From assembly GCF_006345805.1 (NCBI RefSeq), contig NC_043002.1, positions 86,738,001 through 86,802,000 of the forward strand: 64,000 nt of DNA, given 5' to 3'. The stretch is from Octopus sinensis (lineage: Eukaryota). This document shows, in pieces, positions 1 through 12,985 of the stretch. The notes beneath the pieces were generated by a model. It saw nothing but the letters and a program-made list of their open reading frames with translations. It was not told the DNA's origin and did not search any database. Position 1 is the first letter of the stretch. Each line of letters opens with the position of its first letter. Made by a program: the position numbers and the translations under genes.

Positions 1-200
1 AGCCTTCCTGTTGGCCAATTCTGGACGTTTCTCTTGAATTGTTGCTTTTAATTTGTTCAGTTGTGTGCAGTATTTCTCAGAATTAATTGTCTGGTTAGTT
101 GGGAGAAGCTCATATTACAGAATTCCTTTCCAATCCCACCAGACTCAAAGCAAGACTTTTTTAGGGTGAAGACCTGCTTTTGGAGTGGCTAAGGGTTGCT
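1..200 (-). mobile_element. Mariner transposase fragment, running off the window's left edge
   Basis: Minus strand translates to QPLATPKAGLHPKK(fs)VLL*VWWDWKGIL*YELLPTNQTINSEKYCTQLNKLKATIQEKRPELANRK, the region between the first two catalytic Asp of mariner transposases. Contains stops and a frameshift. Confidence 0.9.
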
Positions 201-279
201 CATGTCGCTTACTCCAGGATTGCTTTCTCTGAACATTTCGATCGAAATATATATATATATATATGTATACATATATATA

Positions 280-468
280 GGGAAAGTTTACGAAAAAAAC
301 AAAAGAAGAAGACAGGTGGTGTACAAAACAAACAGATGTATTAGTATAATGCTCAGGAATAGAAAAAGTCTTTTACGTTTCGAGCCTACGCTCTTCTACA
401 GAAAGGGACACAGAAAAAACAAGGAGAGAAAAAAAATGTGTGTAGTGGCTAACGATCTATCATGGCAG
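280..468 (-). mobile_element. Penelope-like element 3' end (family PLE-A) with hammerhead-like fold
   Basis: Similar to 4901-5105, 26190-26372 and 60370-60552; the last is attached to a GIY-YIG ORF remnant. The 3' end abuts (TA)n. Hammerhead-like motif at 370-405. Confidence 0.75.
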
Positions 469-659
469 ATGTGTGTATTGTATTTTTCCCTTGTTAACAA
501 TTAACACGGAAAAAATAGATAAATAGCTACCAGGGTAGCAAAAAAGTCATACCAGTGATATCTTCGAAACGTGTCGGAAGTAAAAGAATTTCAATAACAC
601 CTGTGTTTAACTCTGTTTATATATATATATACATATATTTATATATATATATCCTCCTT

Positions 660-1030
660 CTCATCATCATCATTTAACGTCTGTTGTCTATGCTGGCATG
701 GCTGGATGGTTTGACCAGAGATGGCAAACTGGAGAGCTACACCAGACTCCACTCTGATTTGGCATGGTTTCTATGGCAGGATGCCCTTCCTAATGCCAAG
801 CACTTTACAGAGTGTGCTGGGTGCTTTTATGTGGCACCACATGGGCACTTTTGCATGGAACCACCACAAGTGCTTTACACCACCAGCAGTATTAGTCTTA
901 ACACTTCTGCGGCAGGATATGGATCTTCTTGAGTATGGTCAGGCTCCAGGTGTCTTGGTCCTTTGTCATCTTACATGAAAGGTTCAGCTTCCTGAGGTCA
1001 TACTTCAGTACTTCATCCCATGTTCTCATC
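660..1030 (-). mobile_element. RTE LINE 3' end, 5'-truncated
   Basis: (CAT)n tail followed by TTTAACGTC...CCATGC..GGATGG...GGATGCCCTTCCTAATGCC, matching the 3' end of the long RTE copy at 20630-23830. Confidence 0.8.
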
Positions 1031-1388
1031 ATCCTCATCATGGTTTTAATGTTCACTTTTCTATGATTGTATGGGTACAAAATCTATTGGGGCAGATTTT
1101 CTATGGCTGGACATTCTTCCTGTTGCCAACCCTCACCTACTTCCAAGCAAGATAATATTTCCATATGATCAGACATATTTTACAGAATATTGGAAATGAA
1201 TCACACCTCTTCTATGACAGTGACACTAACTTACAATGATCACATGGTGTTCAGATAAGGAGAGATGAGCATATACACACTCATTCATATATATACATAC
1301 ACAGCTTAGTAGCAGGGTGTTGCATTCATGCTCATAAGATTATGGTCTTGAGTCCCAAACCAGATGGTGTGTTGAGCAAAACACTTTA

Positions 1389-1456
1389 TGTATGTATGTA
1401 TGTATGTATGTATGTATGTATGTATGTATGTATGTATGTATGTATGTATGTATGTA

Positions 1457-1493
<37 letters not shown>
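1389..1493. repeat. (ATGT)n followed by (GT)n microsatellite
   Basis: Read directly; explains the MYVC/HTYI ORFs. Confidence 0.98.
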
Positions 1494-1496
<3 letters not shown>

Positions 1497-2743
1497 GGGC
1501 TTCTTTCAGTTTCTGTCTACGAAATCCATTCAGAAGGGTTTGGGTACTCTGGGGATATAGTGCAAGACGTAGGCCTAAGGTGCAAGACACTGGGAATGAA
1601 CCTGAAACCAATTTGTTGTGAAGCAAACATTTTAACCATGCAATCATGTCTGAATCTATTTGTTTGTGTGTGTGTGTGTGTGTGGTGTGCAGTGCAGGCA
1701 TACATATATGTATGTATGGCTTGATGCACTTTCTTTTGCCAACCCACTCCTGTTTTTCTGATAATAGATTATTACCAGATTTTCAAAGGAACAAAGCAAC
1801 CAAGCATAATGTAACAATGTCAACACCAGTACTCTTTACTTAAATGGTGGAAGTGAAATATCAACATTCACACACACACACACACACATGCCCATAGATA
1901 CAGCATAAATACATAATATATAAAATAGGAAACTTGACAGTTTATGTATGGGTGTATGTGTATGTACGCATATGTATAAGCAAAGCTATATAAATATATA
2001 CATGAATACATATATACATACAGACAGACAGCTAAATAGATAGATATCTATATATGCATATATTCATACATACACACAAGTATGTTTATATGTGTGAGCA
2101 TGTGGATAAACGCTATCACTAGCATAATCCTCTATATTAGGATTTAAAATTTTTTTCTAACCTTTTTCTTACATATTACTTCCTATCTTTGTATTGCTTC
2201 AACTATTTTCTTACTCTTATTTCATTTTATTTTAACTAGCAGCAACCACAATTATAAAACAAGGTCTAATTAGATGAACTTTCATTCAACTCCATTTAAT
2301 TTTAAGATATTTACAACACCTATTTCTTTATTTAGACATAAAATTCGCTTTTGGACTCCCAGCCTAGCAACTTTGACTAAAAGCCTACTGTAAGAAATAT
2401 AATACCATAAATTTAAATAGAATACATTATAAATATCTTTTAGTAAACTATGAACTGATATTTGGACTTTCAGCTGTGAAAAGTCAAGTGTTACCAACCC
2501 TAAATAAATTTCAATAAAGAAAAAGTATTTAATTACAATGGAGTAATTTAGTTCTAATCACAGTACACACCTAAAAATACCATAAGCTACTTCCTCATGT
2601 CGTTCACATCTCACCCAGCCTGCACACTAAACATTAACGGAACCTTATATAAAATCCAGGTTTTTCTCTTTGTCTTCACAATCATGGACAACCATGTTAA
2701 GGGTGAAACACTGAGTAGACTGTCAACTTTGATTTAATAAATA

Positions 2744-3123
2744 CTAGCTGTATTGCTCGGGTTTGTTTCGACCCTTTAGAATTGGAATTTTTGAAAAGTA
2801 AAAATTTTGCATTATGTAGCTTGTTATTCTCTTTAAATGAACATTTTTCTGGTTGAAATACACCGAAAAATGGCAACACAACAGTCAAAAATCATAAAAC
2901 ATAGGGATTTTCATAGAAAAAGCACCTTTTTGATGTAAATAATTTTTGGTGTTAACATGGTCCGATTTGAATTTTTTCTTCTACGGATGGAAAAGCAAGC
3001 CTTCTTCTATCATACTCTCAATTTTGGTCAACTTGCACCGCAGGGTCTCGGAGGAGATAGTGTTAGTTGAAGGCTACCAAACCTGCCATACACAGACAAC
3101 TTCAGCTTTATATATATAGAGAT
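2744..3123. mobile_element. Non-autonomous Helitron/Helentron-type (HINE-like) element
   Basis: Starts ACTAGCTGTATTGCTCGGG and ends CAGACAACTTCAGCTTTATATATATAGAGAT, the end pattern of DINE/HINE-type elements. No ORF. Confidence 0.5.
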
Positions 3124-3677
3124 TTATTTATCTACTCTAACTACCATATTCAGTTCTAAAACAGATAATGTTTGTAATATGTAAAATGAATTATTAATAC
3201 ATTTTACTACTGTTACATCATCATCATCATTGTTTAATGTTTATTTTCTTTGCTGGCATGGGTCAGACAGTTTGAAAGGAGTTGGCCAGCTGGAGGGCTG
3301 CCCAGGCTTGATTTGTCTATTTTGGCTTGATGCCCTTCCTAACGACAACCATTTTACAGAGTGTACAGGGTACTTTTTATGTGGCACCAGCACAGGCACC
3401 CTTATGTGACACTGGCATGGGTGCTTTTTGTATGCATACATACACACACATATCATCATTATCATTTTTATATCCAGTTTTCCATGCTTGCATGGGTTGG
3501 ATGGAATTCTGCCAAGATAGATTTTCTACACCATTATGCCCTTCCTCTCACCAACTCTCACTTGATACCAAATAAGGTCAAATTACCCCATTACTAGACA
3601 GGTTTTCACAGAAGATTTGGAACAAAAGACATCATTTGCATAATGGTAATATACATTTATAACTATCATTCAATGTC

Positions 3678-3716
<39 letters not shown>

Positions 3717-3821
3717 GACATATATATGTATATACACACATATACATAAACACACACATACACGCACACACACACACACACATACATATATAAAAGCACA
3801 AATACATACATATTTTTTTTT

Positions 3822-4215
3822 TTTTACTTGTTTCAGTCATTTGACTGCGGCCATGCTGGAGCACCGCCTTTAGTCGAGCAAATCGACCCCGGGACTTATT
3901 CTTTGTAAGCCCAGTACTTATTCTATCGGTCTCTTTTGCCGAACCACTAAGTGACGGGGACGTAAACACACCAGCATCGGTTGTCAAACAATGCTAGGGG
4001 GACAAACACAGACACACAAACACACACACATACATATATATATACATATATACGACAGGCTTCTTTCAGTTTCCATCTACCAAATCCACTCACAAGGCAT
4101 TGGTCGGCCCGGGGCTATAGCAGAAGACACTTGCCCAAGATGCCACACAGTGGGACTGAACCCGGAACCATGTGGTTGGTTAGCAAGCTACTTACCACAC
4201 AGCCACTCCTGCGCC
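3822..4215 (-). mobile_element. tRNA-derived SINE (main family, SINE-1), full length
   Basis: Minus strand begins GGCGCAGGAGTGGCTGTGTGG (A box) and contains GGTTCAGTCCC (B box), an internal CA/TA tract, and the tail ...AAATGACTGAAACAAGTAAAA. More than 12 copies in the window. Confidence 0.92.
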
Positions 4216-4604
4216 TATATATATATGTATACATGAAGGGCTTCTTTCAGTTTCCATGTACCAAATTCACTGAGAAGGCTTTGAACCTAGGACCATGTTG
4301 TTGGTCCTAAAATCAGAGCCAATGCTTCAAAAGCCACCATAAACTCACAATACACACAAGCAATGCAATGAACATTTGAGAAATAGGCTTATCTTTGCGT
4401 TGAATACATCAGTAAGTAACGTATATTTCAATATCGATTGATTTCCCGCTTTACATGACAAACACACTCTGCAATCTTCAGTTGAAAATAACACTTTAAC
4501 ATCTATTTTTAAAATATTCACTACATTGACATGTGTGCATTTCATACTTTAAACATCCTGCTCTGTTTAAAAGAAAACTATCATGAGCAAGAAAAAGTTT
4601 AAAT

Positions 4605-4890
4605 AAAGAAGTATTATTTCCATTATTAATAGTATTAATACGGTAATAATAAGGTAGCCAGCAAGTTCACACCGTTACAGGCACAATATAAGGCAAATTT
4701 AGATTCAGTAGGGTATATAATGCCACTTGCTAAAATCAGAGCCAATGCTCCAAAACCCACCATAGAAAGTGGTATTATAAACCCTACTGAATCTAAACTT
4801 GCCTAATATTGTGCCTGTAACAGTATGAACTCACTGGTCACCTTATTATTACCTTATTAATATTATTAATAATGGAAATAATACTTCTTT
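4605..4890. repeat. Inverted repeat: ~124-bp arms, 38-bp loop
   Basis: 4605-4728 is the approximate reverse complement of 4767-4890 (AAAGAAGTATTATTTCC.../...GGAAATAATACTTCTTT). Confidence 0.9.
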
Positions 4891-4900
4891 CTTTATATAT

Positions 4901-5105
4901 ATAGGGAAAGTTAACAAAAAAACAAAAGACAAAGACAGGTGGTGTACAAAACAAACAGATGTATTAGTATAACGTTCAGGAATAGAAAAAGTCTTTTACG
5001 TTTCGAGCCTATGCTCTTCTACAGAAAGGTACGCAGACAAAAACAAGGAGAGAAACAAAGAGAGAAAAAAAAATGTGTGTAGTGGCTAACAATCTATCAT
5101 GGCGA
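4901..5105 (-). mobile_element. PLE-A 3' end copy
   Basis: Matches 280-468; (TA)n on both sides; hammerhead-like motif at 4993-5028. Confidence 0.75.
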
Positions 5106-5446
5106 CTATATATATACAATTCAGTTGAATTAAGGAATCTAAGTTGAGGCACCAAGTCAGTCCACTATTATCTGCACAGCTCAAAGTAAGGTGAATAAAA
5201 AGCAAATAAGTAACAAGGAAGTCAAGGTATTAGTGCATTATGGCCATTACAGGTGGCTCCATTTAATCGAACAATGCAAGCATTATATCAGTTTGAAATA
5301 CACCGCCTTCTTTTGATGCATAAGACCATATAGGTTTTCAGCATACAGGATACTCCATTATAACTCAGGGGAAAGGAGCTGTTTATGCATGATTTTGATG
5401 TCACATTCGTTGAAATAACCTGAAAGAGAAAAAAAACCCATGAAAC

Positions 5447-6115
5447 ATATATTTCATATAAATTATACATATATGTATAATGGCTGTGTGGTAAGAAGTT
5501 TGCTTTCCAGCCAAATGGCTCTAGGTTCAGTCCTACCATGTGGCACCTTGGGCAAGTGTCTTCTACTAAAGCCACAGGCCAACCAAAGCCTTGTGAGCGG
5601 ATTTGGTAGACATAACCAAAAGTAGTCCCTTGTGTGTGTGTGTGTGTGTTTATGTGTGTGCATTGTTGAGAAACTTGGACTTTCTTGGAACCTTGAATTA
5701 TTGGTGACCTAATAGGTCACAGGTAGCATAACTAATTTGTTGAATTTTGCATAAAATTTTAATTTTGAATATACACCTTTCTTTTGTTTACATTTTGAAA
5801 TATTACTTGTGCTTCAGTAACCCAATGTTAAAATGGAAATGGAAATAACATTGCCATTCTAGCAATGGCAATCTAGTCAATACATTTTTAATATGCATGC
5901 ACACACATACACACACACACACACACACACAAGGGACTACTTTTGGTTATGTCTACCAAATCCGCTCACAAGGCTTTGGATGGCCTGTGGCTTTAGTAGA
6001 AGACACTTGCCCAAGGTGCCACATGGTAGGATTGAACCTAGAGCCATTTGGCTGGAAAGCAAACTTCTTACCACACAGCCATCATACATATATGTATAAT
6101 TTATATGAAACATAT
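5447..6115. repeat. Inverted duplication of a SINE-1 head plus its flank (arms ~5447-5663 and ~5897-6115)
   Basis: The arms share private variants and non-SINE flank; about 3 differences in the SINE part. Confidence 0.9.
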
Positions 6116-6923
6116 ATCATATAAATATACATATAGGTTCAGACATTAAACAGTTTATAATTTCACTTCATAACCACATAATTTCGATTTCTTTCTACTC
6201 AACTCTACAACAGTATCATTACATCATATTAATATATTAAGCTTGAATTGTTGAAAGAAAAAAGAAAAAATTTCATTGCTTCTTCAAGTCCAGGGTCTCG
6301 TGAAAGTGAAAGTGTTTACTTTGTCAAAAATAAGTGGTTGCCAGGTCAAAAAGTGAAAGTATTTTCTGACAAAATGAAATTATTAAGGATTGACCATAAA
6401 GCATCCAATATGATGCTATCATTATTAAAGTTGGATCCACTAAATAACCAAAGCATGGTTATTAAATTCTCAAGTAAAAAGAATATTAATAGAAGAGAGA
6501 ATGAATAATAACAAATACACTTGACACAATTACTTTACTGCAAAATTAGGGCCTCGGTCATTGTACTTGATTTATCATGGTTGCATTGTGGAAGACTGGC
6601 ATGCCTAAGGAGGTTACCAAGAGTTTATTACAAAAAATTGTCACTCCTAAAACATTTTCCCAGGGAAACTAGCTCTTGGAAAAGTCACTTTGATTTCTAT
6701 TATTGGGCATATGATATGGCCCACAAAAAACCACTTACTCTTTTGGCGAAGGAAAATCACTTTCCAGTTTCGACCTAGGAAACACCTACTTCTAAGAAGA
6801 CAAATGCTTTCACTTTATGAGACCCTGGAAACAAAGAATTGCTAACATTTCATGAGAAGCCTTGGGATAGTAAATTTATATATGATTATTTATTTGAAAG
6901 TTTATATAAGGGAAGAAACCAAT

Positions 6924-6924
6924 C

Positions 6925-6995
<71 letters not shown>

Positions 6996-7032
6996 GTCTG
7001 TCTGTCTATCTCTATCTATCTATCTGTTTATC

Positions 7033-7063
<31 letters not shown>

Positions 7064-7125
7064 GTCTATCTACCTATCCATTCATCCATCCATCCATCCA
7101 TCCATTTATCTGTCTGTCTGTCTGT
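6924..7125. repeat. (ATCT)n/(ATCC)n/(GTCT)n compound microsatellite
   Basis: Read directly. Confidence 0.97.
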
Positions 7126-7423
7126 ATAAAATGAAATAGTTTCTTCCTTCCTCTCTTCATTGATATAAGTTTGTGTGTTTGCTAATGAACAAATCAATAT
7201 ATGTACAGGCAATTCATGAATTCTTTCCATTTCATGAATGGCTGGAAGTTTTTCTTCTTTTTTGATACAAATAAACAGTGTTTTTAGTTTTAAGGGTTCT
7301 AAGGATATCGTCAAGAAATGATTTGAAAGTTATTTGTTAAGTAAAAGAGCTTGTGTTAAAGAGATCAGTTAAAAAAATTTATTTCTATAAAAAGATATAA
7401 AGCAATAAAAAGATACATAGATG

Positions 7424-7468
7424 AAATAAAATAAAATAAAATAAAATAAAATAAAATAAAATAAATAA
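7424..7468. repeat. (AAATA)n microsatellite
   Basis: Read directly. Confidence 0.97.
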
Positions 7469-9329
7469 CTACATTAGATTGTATTAAGTTAGGAATTACT
7501 TTTGATAATTTATTTTTTTATAAATGGTTGGATTTAAATGTTATAAAATTGTATGAAGAACTTTAGGATATGATGTGCAATGAAAGATGTTATAATATAA
7601 CTGGGGCACAATTAGTTGAATGATTTTTAAAAAGATGGTTAGATAGGAAAAAGTAGTAACTCTTATTGGCAGAATTAACTGTTTGGGAGACTTGAAATAT
7701 CTAAGAGTTTTAAGATCTTTTGTGTTGACATCATGAGACTAATTTTCAGCAACAGCTAATAAAGAAAGCTTAAAGAACAATATGTTGTAGTTTACAGAAG
7801 TACAAAGTTGGTTTGGCATACTACTGTTTGCATAAGTTTTGCAAAACAATTTCTTCAATTAAATCTTACAATTGTCCCAATTAGACTATTTATTAATTTT
7901 TTCAGAAATACAAAGGTCATAGATGTTGTATGTGACTTTCCCAAGAGATATATATTTGTAATAAAGCAAAAAAAAAAAAGAGTACTCTGTGTATTATATA
8001 TAATTTATTTTTGCAAAAGCCAATTGTTGACTCAAATATGTATTACTCAGTGTTTCATATAGATATAAAACACTATACATATCAGTTGACCACGGGTGAA
8101 GTTTTAGCTGTATATGCCTAGAAATGCTTAGCCATATATCTGTTATTGTTAAACTTGGTTTCCATTGGCTGAGACTGGTCATTTGTTGAAAATTAGCATT
8201 TGTGAGACAAATGCAGATGCTATGAGAATCTAGGGAAAGTAACCCAGCTATGCTTAATTATTGTCAGTAAGAGAGTCTATTTCTCATCATTGCCACAGCT
8301 TACAGTCATCCATAGACATTTTCCAGGTCAAGCAGTTGAAAATATTTCAAGGGAAATGCACATCATTAGACATCATTTGAAATATCTTATCTAAATAGAT
8401 TACTGATTCTAAAGAAGATAATAAAACTGCATATGCAAAAAAAGAAAAATAGTTATTGCAATAAAAAACCAGTAACTGTTTCTTCTAAGACAAATTTAGT
8501 TGATAATAATGAGATCACTGTAAAACACTACATGGGAATAACTGAGGGATATTTCAAATGCTGCTTCAACATTCATACTTCTTTTCAAAATGAAATGCAG
8601 AATATCACAGTCCTTTCAAACTAGACAGTAAATTAAGAATTTAAATATCCTTTGAGACCAAAACAGGCTGAACACCAATGATTCCAAAATTTGTAATATG
8701 TTATGGAGAAGCCTTTTTTTCTTTTTTGCATTTTATATAAGCTTAGGACTTCAAATAATTACTTATGTAAGAGATCTGAAATGTTGGCAAAAAGCATACA
8801 TATTAACAAATTCATTCCAGCTAATGATAAGAGGACAGGTGAAGCCAATCAAATATATAATACTCTACAGTCAATCAGTATGGGTGTATATATGTATGAG
8901 TCTACCACTTTGCATCCTTCTGTACTGACATTTTACATACCCAGATGGAAATCAACAGCATGTTGACACAAATAAAGAGCACTTAAAAAAATCTTTCATT
9001 GAAGAGAAAACCTTCACTCAAAACATATCCACCTGAGCAATGCTCTATTTAGCATGAAACTTAGACAAGGAAAAATATAAATATGTATTTACTATATTAC
9101 TATAAGTATATTCACTCTACATTATATATTGCATATTTTCGATTTTGTCCATGAAACTTAATGTGGTTTCTTGATGTCATATTGAAGTTCTTTGCTACAG
9201 CATTAATCTGTACAGATTGTTTCAGATAGCACCAATCATATTTATTAGGCCCTTCACTTCCAACTAATATACAAAATGTCTTAACCACAATTCTAATTTA
9301 ATAATATTGAACTCAATGTAAACAGAGCA

Positions 9330-10024
9330 AAAACAGGCTCAAACATAATCATCAAATACATCACTGAAAGGGTTCTAAACACCAACTTGTTTGAAGCTGA
9401 TGTATTATTACAGCATGCAGACCCTCACCTTTTGGTTCTGTCTAAGACTGGTGTCAATCAAAGAATATTTCAGAGAATTTGACATCCTGGGCTACTATTG
9501 CCTATTCACTTCACATGGTCCCCTCAATTATCATGATACTTATACAAAAGAAGGTTTTTCTTGTGTTAGAGATACATTATCATTCACCTATGTTCCTCTG
9601 GTACTTCATGCCATAGTTTTTATATTCACATTTTATTAGCCTCAGGATGATGGCTGTTCAGTTATTGATCAAATTACATACCATACTTACAAACTTCTGA
9701 TGGATTATGCAGAAACTGATATCTACATCTGTAAAATCTTTAACATCCACCATAAAGATTGCTCATATTCCAGAAAAACTGATTTTAATTGTAGACACTG
9801 CAGTGATTTCTCAAATTATTGATTCACCATCTCATGTTCTAGATACTGGAAATCAAAATCCTAATCTGTTTGATTTTTTCCTGAAAATGTGTTTTAATTT
9901 CTGATACAGCTGTGTTGTCTTCACTTGATAGACCTGACCATTGTTGTTATTGATGTAAAGAGTATATTTTTTTATATATCATTTCATTGGATTGTGTTCA
10001 GCTACTCTGAAGCAGATTAAAAAG

Positions 10025-10069
<45 letters not shown>

Positions 10070-12240
10070 CTATCTGATATCCCACCTGAATATTTTATTT
10101 TATATTTTTCATTAGATATACAGCATCAAAATTTGCACCGCTCCTTGCTGACTGAGTCCTTAAAATTACTCGTTTTTTCCCCCTCATCAAAAATACTATC
10201 ACAAGCCTAACTTGCAACATTGGCTTAGTCTGGAATGTGCTGCTGCTAAAGCTCATCACAAAAACTTTGCAACCATATCACTAAAATAGGAATGTCACTA
10301 ATTTAGCAGATTTTCACAATACCTTGTAAACCAATTCCCAAGAGTGCTAAGGAACCCAAAGACTGGCTATGCTGAATCTATTTAATTGAGAATTGGCCAA
10401 GAGAGGCTTGGTTATGGAGAATAACAAAAAATTAAAAAATAAAAATTTATGACATATCTATTTCTACAATCATGAATGGGCTTGATGTTATCTAAACCTC
10501 TTCAGATCAAACCAAGTTAAGAAATTTGCACCAAATTTCATTTTAAATTACTCAAACCATTCTTTGCTGGATTTCCCCATTTGTATGAAATGCTTTATTT
10601 CTGATTTTAACATATCAATCAGAGAGGTTTCCAAACCTATAAATGTTTCTTGTTTCGTCAAAATTCACCAGCCTAGAACAAATACTAGTTATTGTATTGA
10701 AAAGCCTATTCTCTAGGATATCTCCAATTTAAACAAAGTTGTCCAATTGCTGCCTCAAGGAGAAGTGCTTCTCTTACTCAGAGAAGTATTTTGTTTGCTA
10801 AATTTTCAAAAACAATACGGACCATTCTTCAGCATAGGCTAATTATTATTAACAAGCATGTCATTAAATAAATACTTGAATAAAATCAATCTCCTTAATG
10901 ACAAGAAATATGGTTTTCAATTACCTAGTCCCTTGTTGACATACTCACAGTCATTATCATAGGATAAGTAATGCACAGAGTAACAGCTTTAATGTTCAAG
11001 TTATTGCCTTAGACATCCCCAAAACATTTGAGAAGATATGGCACCTAGGATTGCTTCATAAACTAAGCAGTTATGGCATCAGAGCCACCCTAGCAGTACT
11101 GTAGGCAAATCAGTGCATTGGGCCCAATAGTATTTATTTATTGACAGCAAGCCACAACTTACATAGATCAGAAGTAGAGTCTCTGGTCAACTATCCAATA
11201 TGCTCATGCCTTAAGATGGCCCTGTAAGGCATATCTAGTAGTTATTTCCATCATCAAATCATTCATACAAAATTGATACAGGCATTCCCCATGAGCCTTC
11301 TTATTTCTTGCTGATTAACAATGATTTATTAAAATAAGTAATAAGATCCTTTGTTGATGAATTTGTTTATAACACACTTGACAGTCTCATATTTAAGAAC
11401 ATTACATACTTGAACTTAGCAGCAGATCCTTTCAGCGATCTAACTGGAATTGTTCAATGAGAAAACAACTGGATTGTTACATTTAAATCTTTAGCATTCA
11501 CATTATCCTGTCAAAAGTAATGCTTATTTAATTCACATTGTTTTGAATTAATCATATACTGTTTTGTAGCTATGAGATTTTTATGAAGTAGCTTAATTCT
11601 TTAGAATGATATTGAAGGGTTGATGTGAGAAACCAGTTTGAACATAAAAAAGTAGAATATTCTGGCTGGATATGGCTGGTTTAAATGTTAAAGGGTCAAT
11701 GATTTCAAAAACCAGCCTAGTATCTTTTCCCCACTATCATGAAATTCTTAACTCCCATGATGGCTAGGGGTGTTTTTGAAGGAATTTCCTTGTTTTCATT
11801 CCATGAAGTTTCTTTGATTGGATAAATACTTAGGTTTGAATTTAACCACTTAAGGCTTAAATTCACACCTGATTTGAAATGAAACTCCAGCATTGCAGAT
11901 GTTGCCAAAAGAGCAGCTAGAATGGTGGGCTTGTTCTACCATCCAAAAACAAGTTTCTAATATTGAAAGCTCTGTTGTATTTATTGTGTTGTACAAAAAC
12001 CAGACCCAACCAAAAGAATGGAGTATTACTTGACATCTGTGCAGCTTCTTCCAAATATGCACAGTCTACTTTGTCTAGAATCTAATGTGTAGGTTAACTG
12101 GTGATAAGCCATTTTTGTCAACTCTACATTTACAGAATCTTGTAATTCTGGCCCTTCTATATAACTTCTGCCACTTCTTTGCAAGGTTTTCAAATAAACT
12201 TCAATCCCTGGTCACGCCACTCTAGTAATTTCACAGTAGA
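9330..12240 (+). mobile_element. Old, heavily decayed CR1/Jockey-group LINE ORF2 (APE endonuclease plus RT), split by later insertions
   Basis: Endonuclease remnants ...DIYICKIFNIHH... and SQIIDSPSHVLD...LFDFFL at 9330-9900. RT remnants ALDIPKTFEKIWHLGLLHKLSSYGI (~11005-11080) and IDTGIPHE...IRSFVDE (~11270-11360). C-terminal VAKRAARMVGLFY at ~11900. Interrupted by (CT)n, a short repeat at ~11090-11160 and a TTAA MITE. Confidence 0.8.
11483..11699 (+). mobile_element. piggyBac-type MITE family A
   Basis: Ends resemble TTAA-CCCTTTAGCATT...AATGCTAAAGGG-TTAA; same internal sequence as 39951-40180, 54835-55070, 56158-56378, ~56890-57098 and 57095-57548. Confidence 0.75.
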
Positions 12241-12277
12241 ACTTAATTTGCTACGCATATACACACACACATACATA

Positions 12278-12691
12278 TTCTTTTATTCTTTTACTTGTTT
12301 CAGTTATTTGACTGCGGCCATGCTGTATCACTGCCTTAAAAGGTTTTAGTCGAAGAAATCGCCCCTTGGACTTATTCTTTATAACCCTAGTACTTATTAT
12401 ATTGGTCTCTTTTTGCTGACCCACTAAGTTATGTGGAGATAAACACACCAGCATCAGTTGTCAGGCAATGGTGGTGGTGGTGGGGGGACAAACACAGACA
12501 CACATAAATATATACATATATACATACTCAACAGGCTTCTTTCAGTTTCCATTTACCAAATCCACTCACAAGGCTTTAGTCAGCCTGAGGCTATAGAAGA
12601 AGACACTTGCCCAAGGTGCCACACAGTGGAACTGAACCCGGGGCCATATGGTTGGAAAGCAAGCTTCTTACCACACAGCCACACCTGCGCC
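12278..12691 (-). mobile_element. SINE-1 copy
   Basis: Same head, body and tail as 3822-4215. Confidence 0.9.
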
Positions 12692-12985
12692 TATGTATAC
12701 TTATTTATTGAATTACATCCATGTTTTCTGGACATTGCACAACATACAGCAAGTTGCAGGCAGAATAATTAAATAACAAATTCTTCCCAGAAAAAGCTAG
12801 ATTACAGAATAAATTTTCTCTCAATTGTTTTTTTGTAGTGTATGATCTTGCTTGCTTTAAAATTAAGGTTAACAAATATCTTGCAGAATGTCAGTGGTTT
12901 CCTTAATTTTGATATTTTTAGCAGGTTTTTATATAATCTTATTTGTTTTGCAAGATTTTTGATGTGAAATCGTGTGTTGAAACAG

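Noticed and set aside
545-580. GAAACGTGTC hammerhead 3' half
   Set aside because: No upstream CUGANGA and no stem I partner.
6298-6360. GAAAGTGAAAGT motifs resembling IRF-binding elements
   Set aside because: Short A-rich motifs are expected by chance and there is no promoter context.
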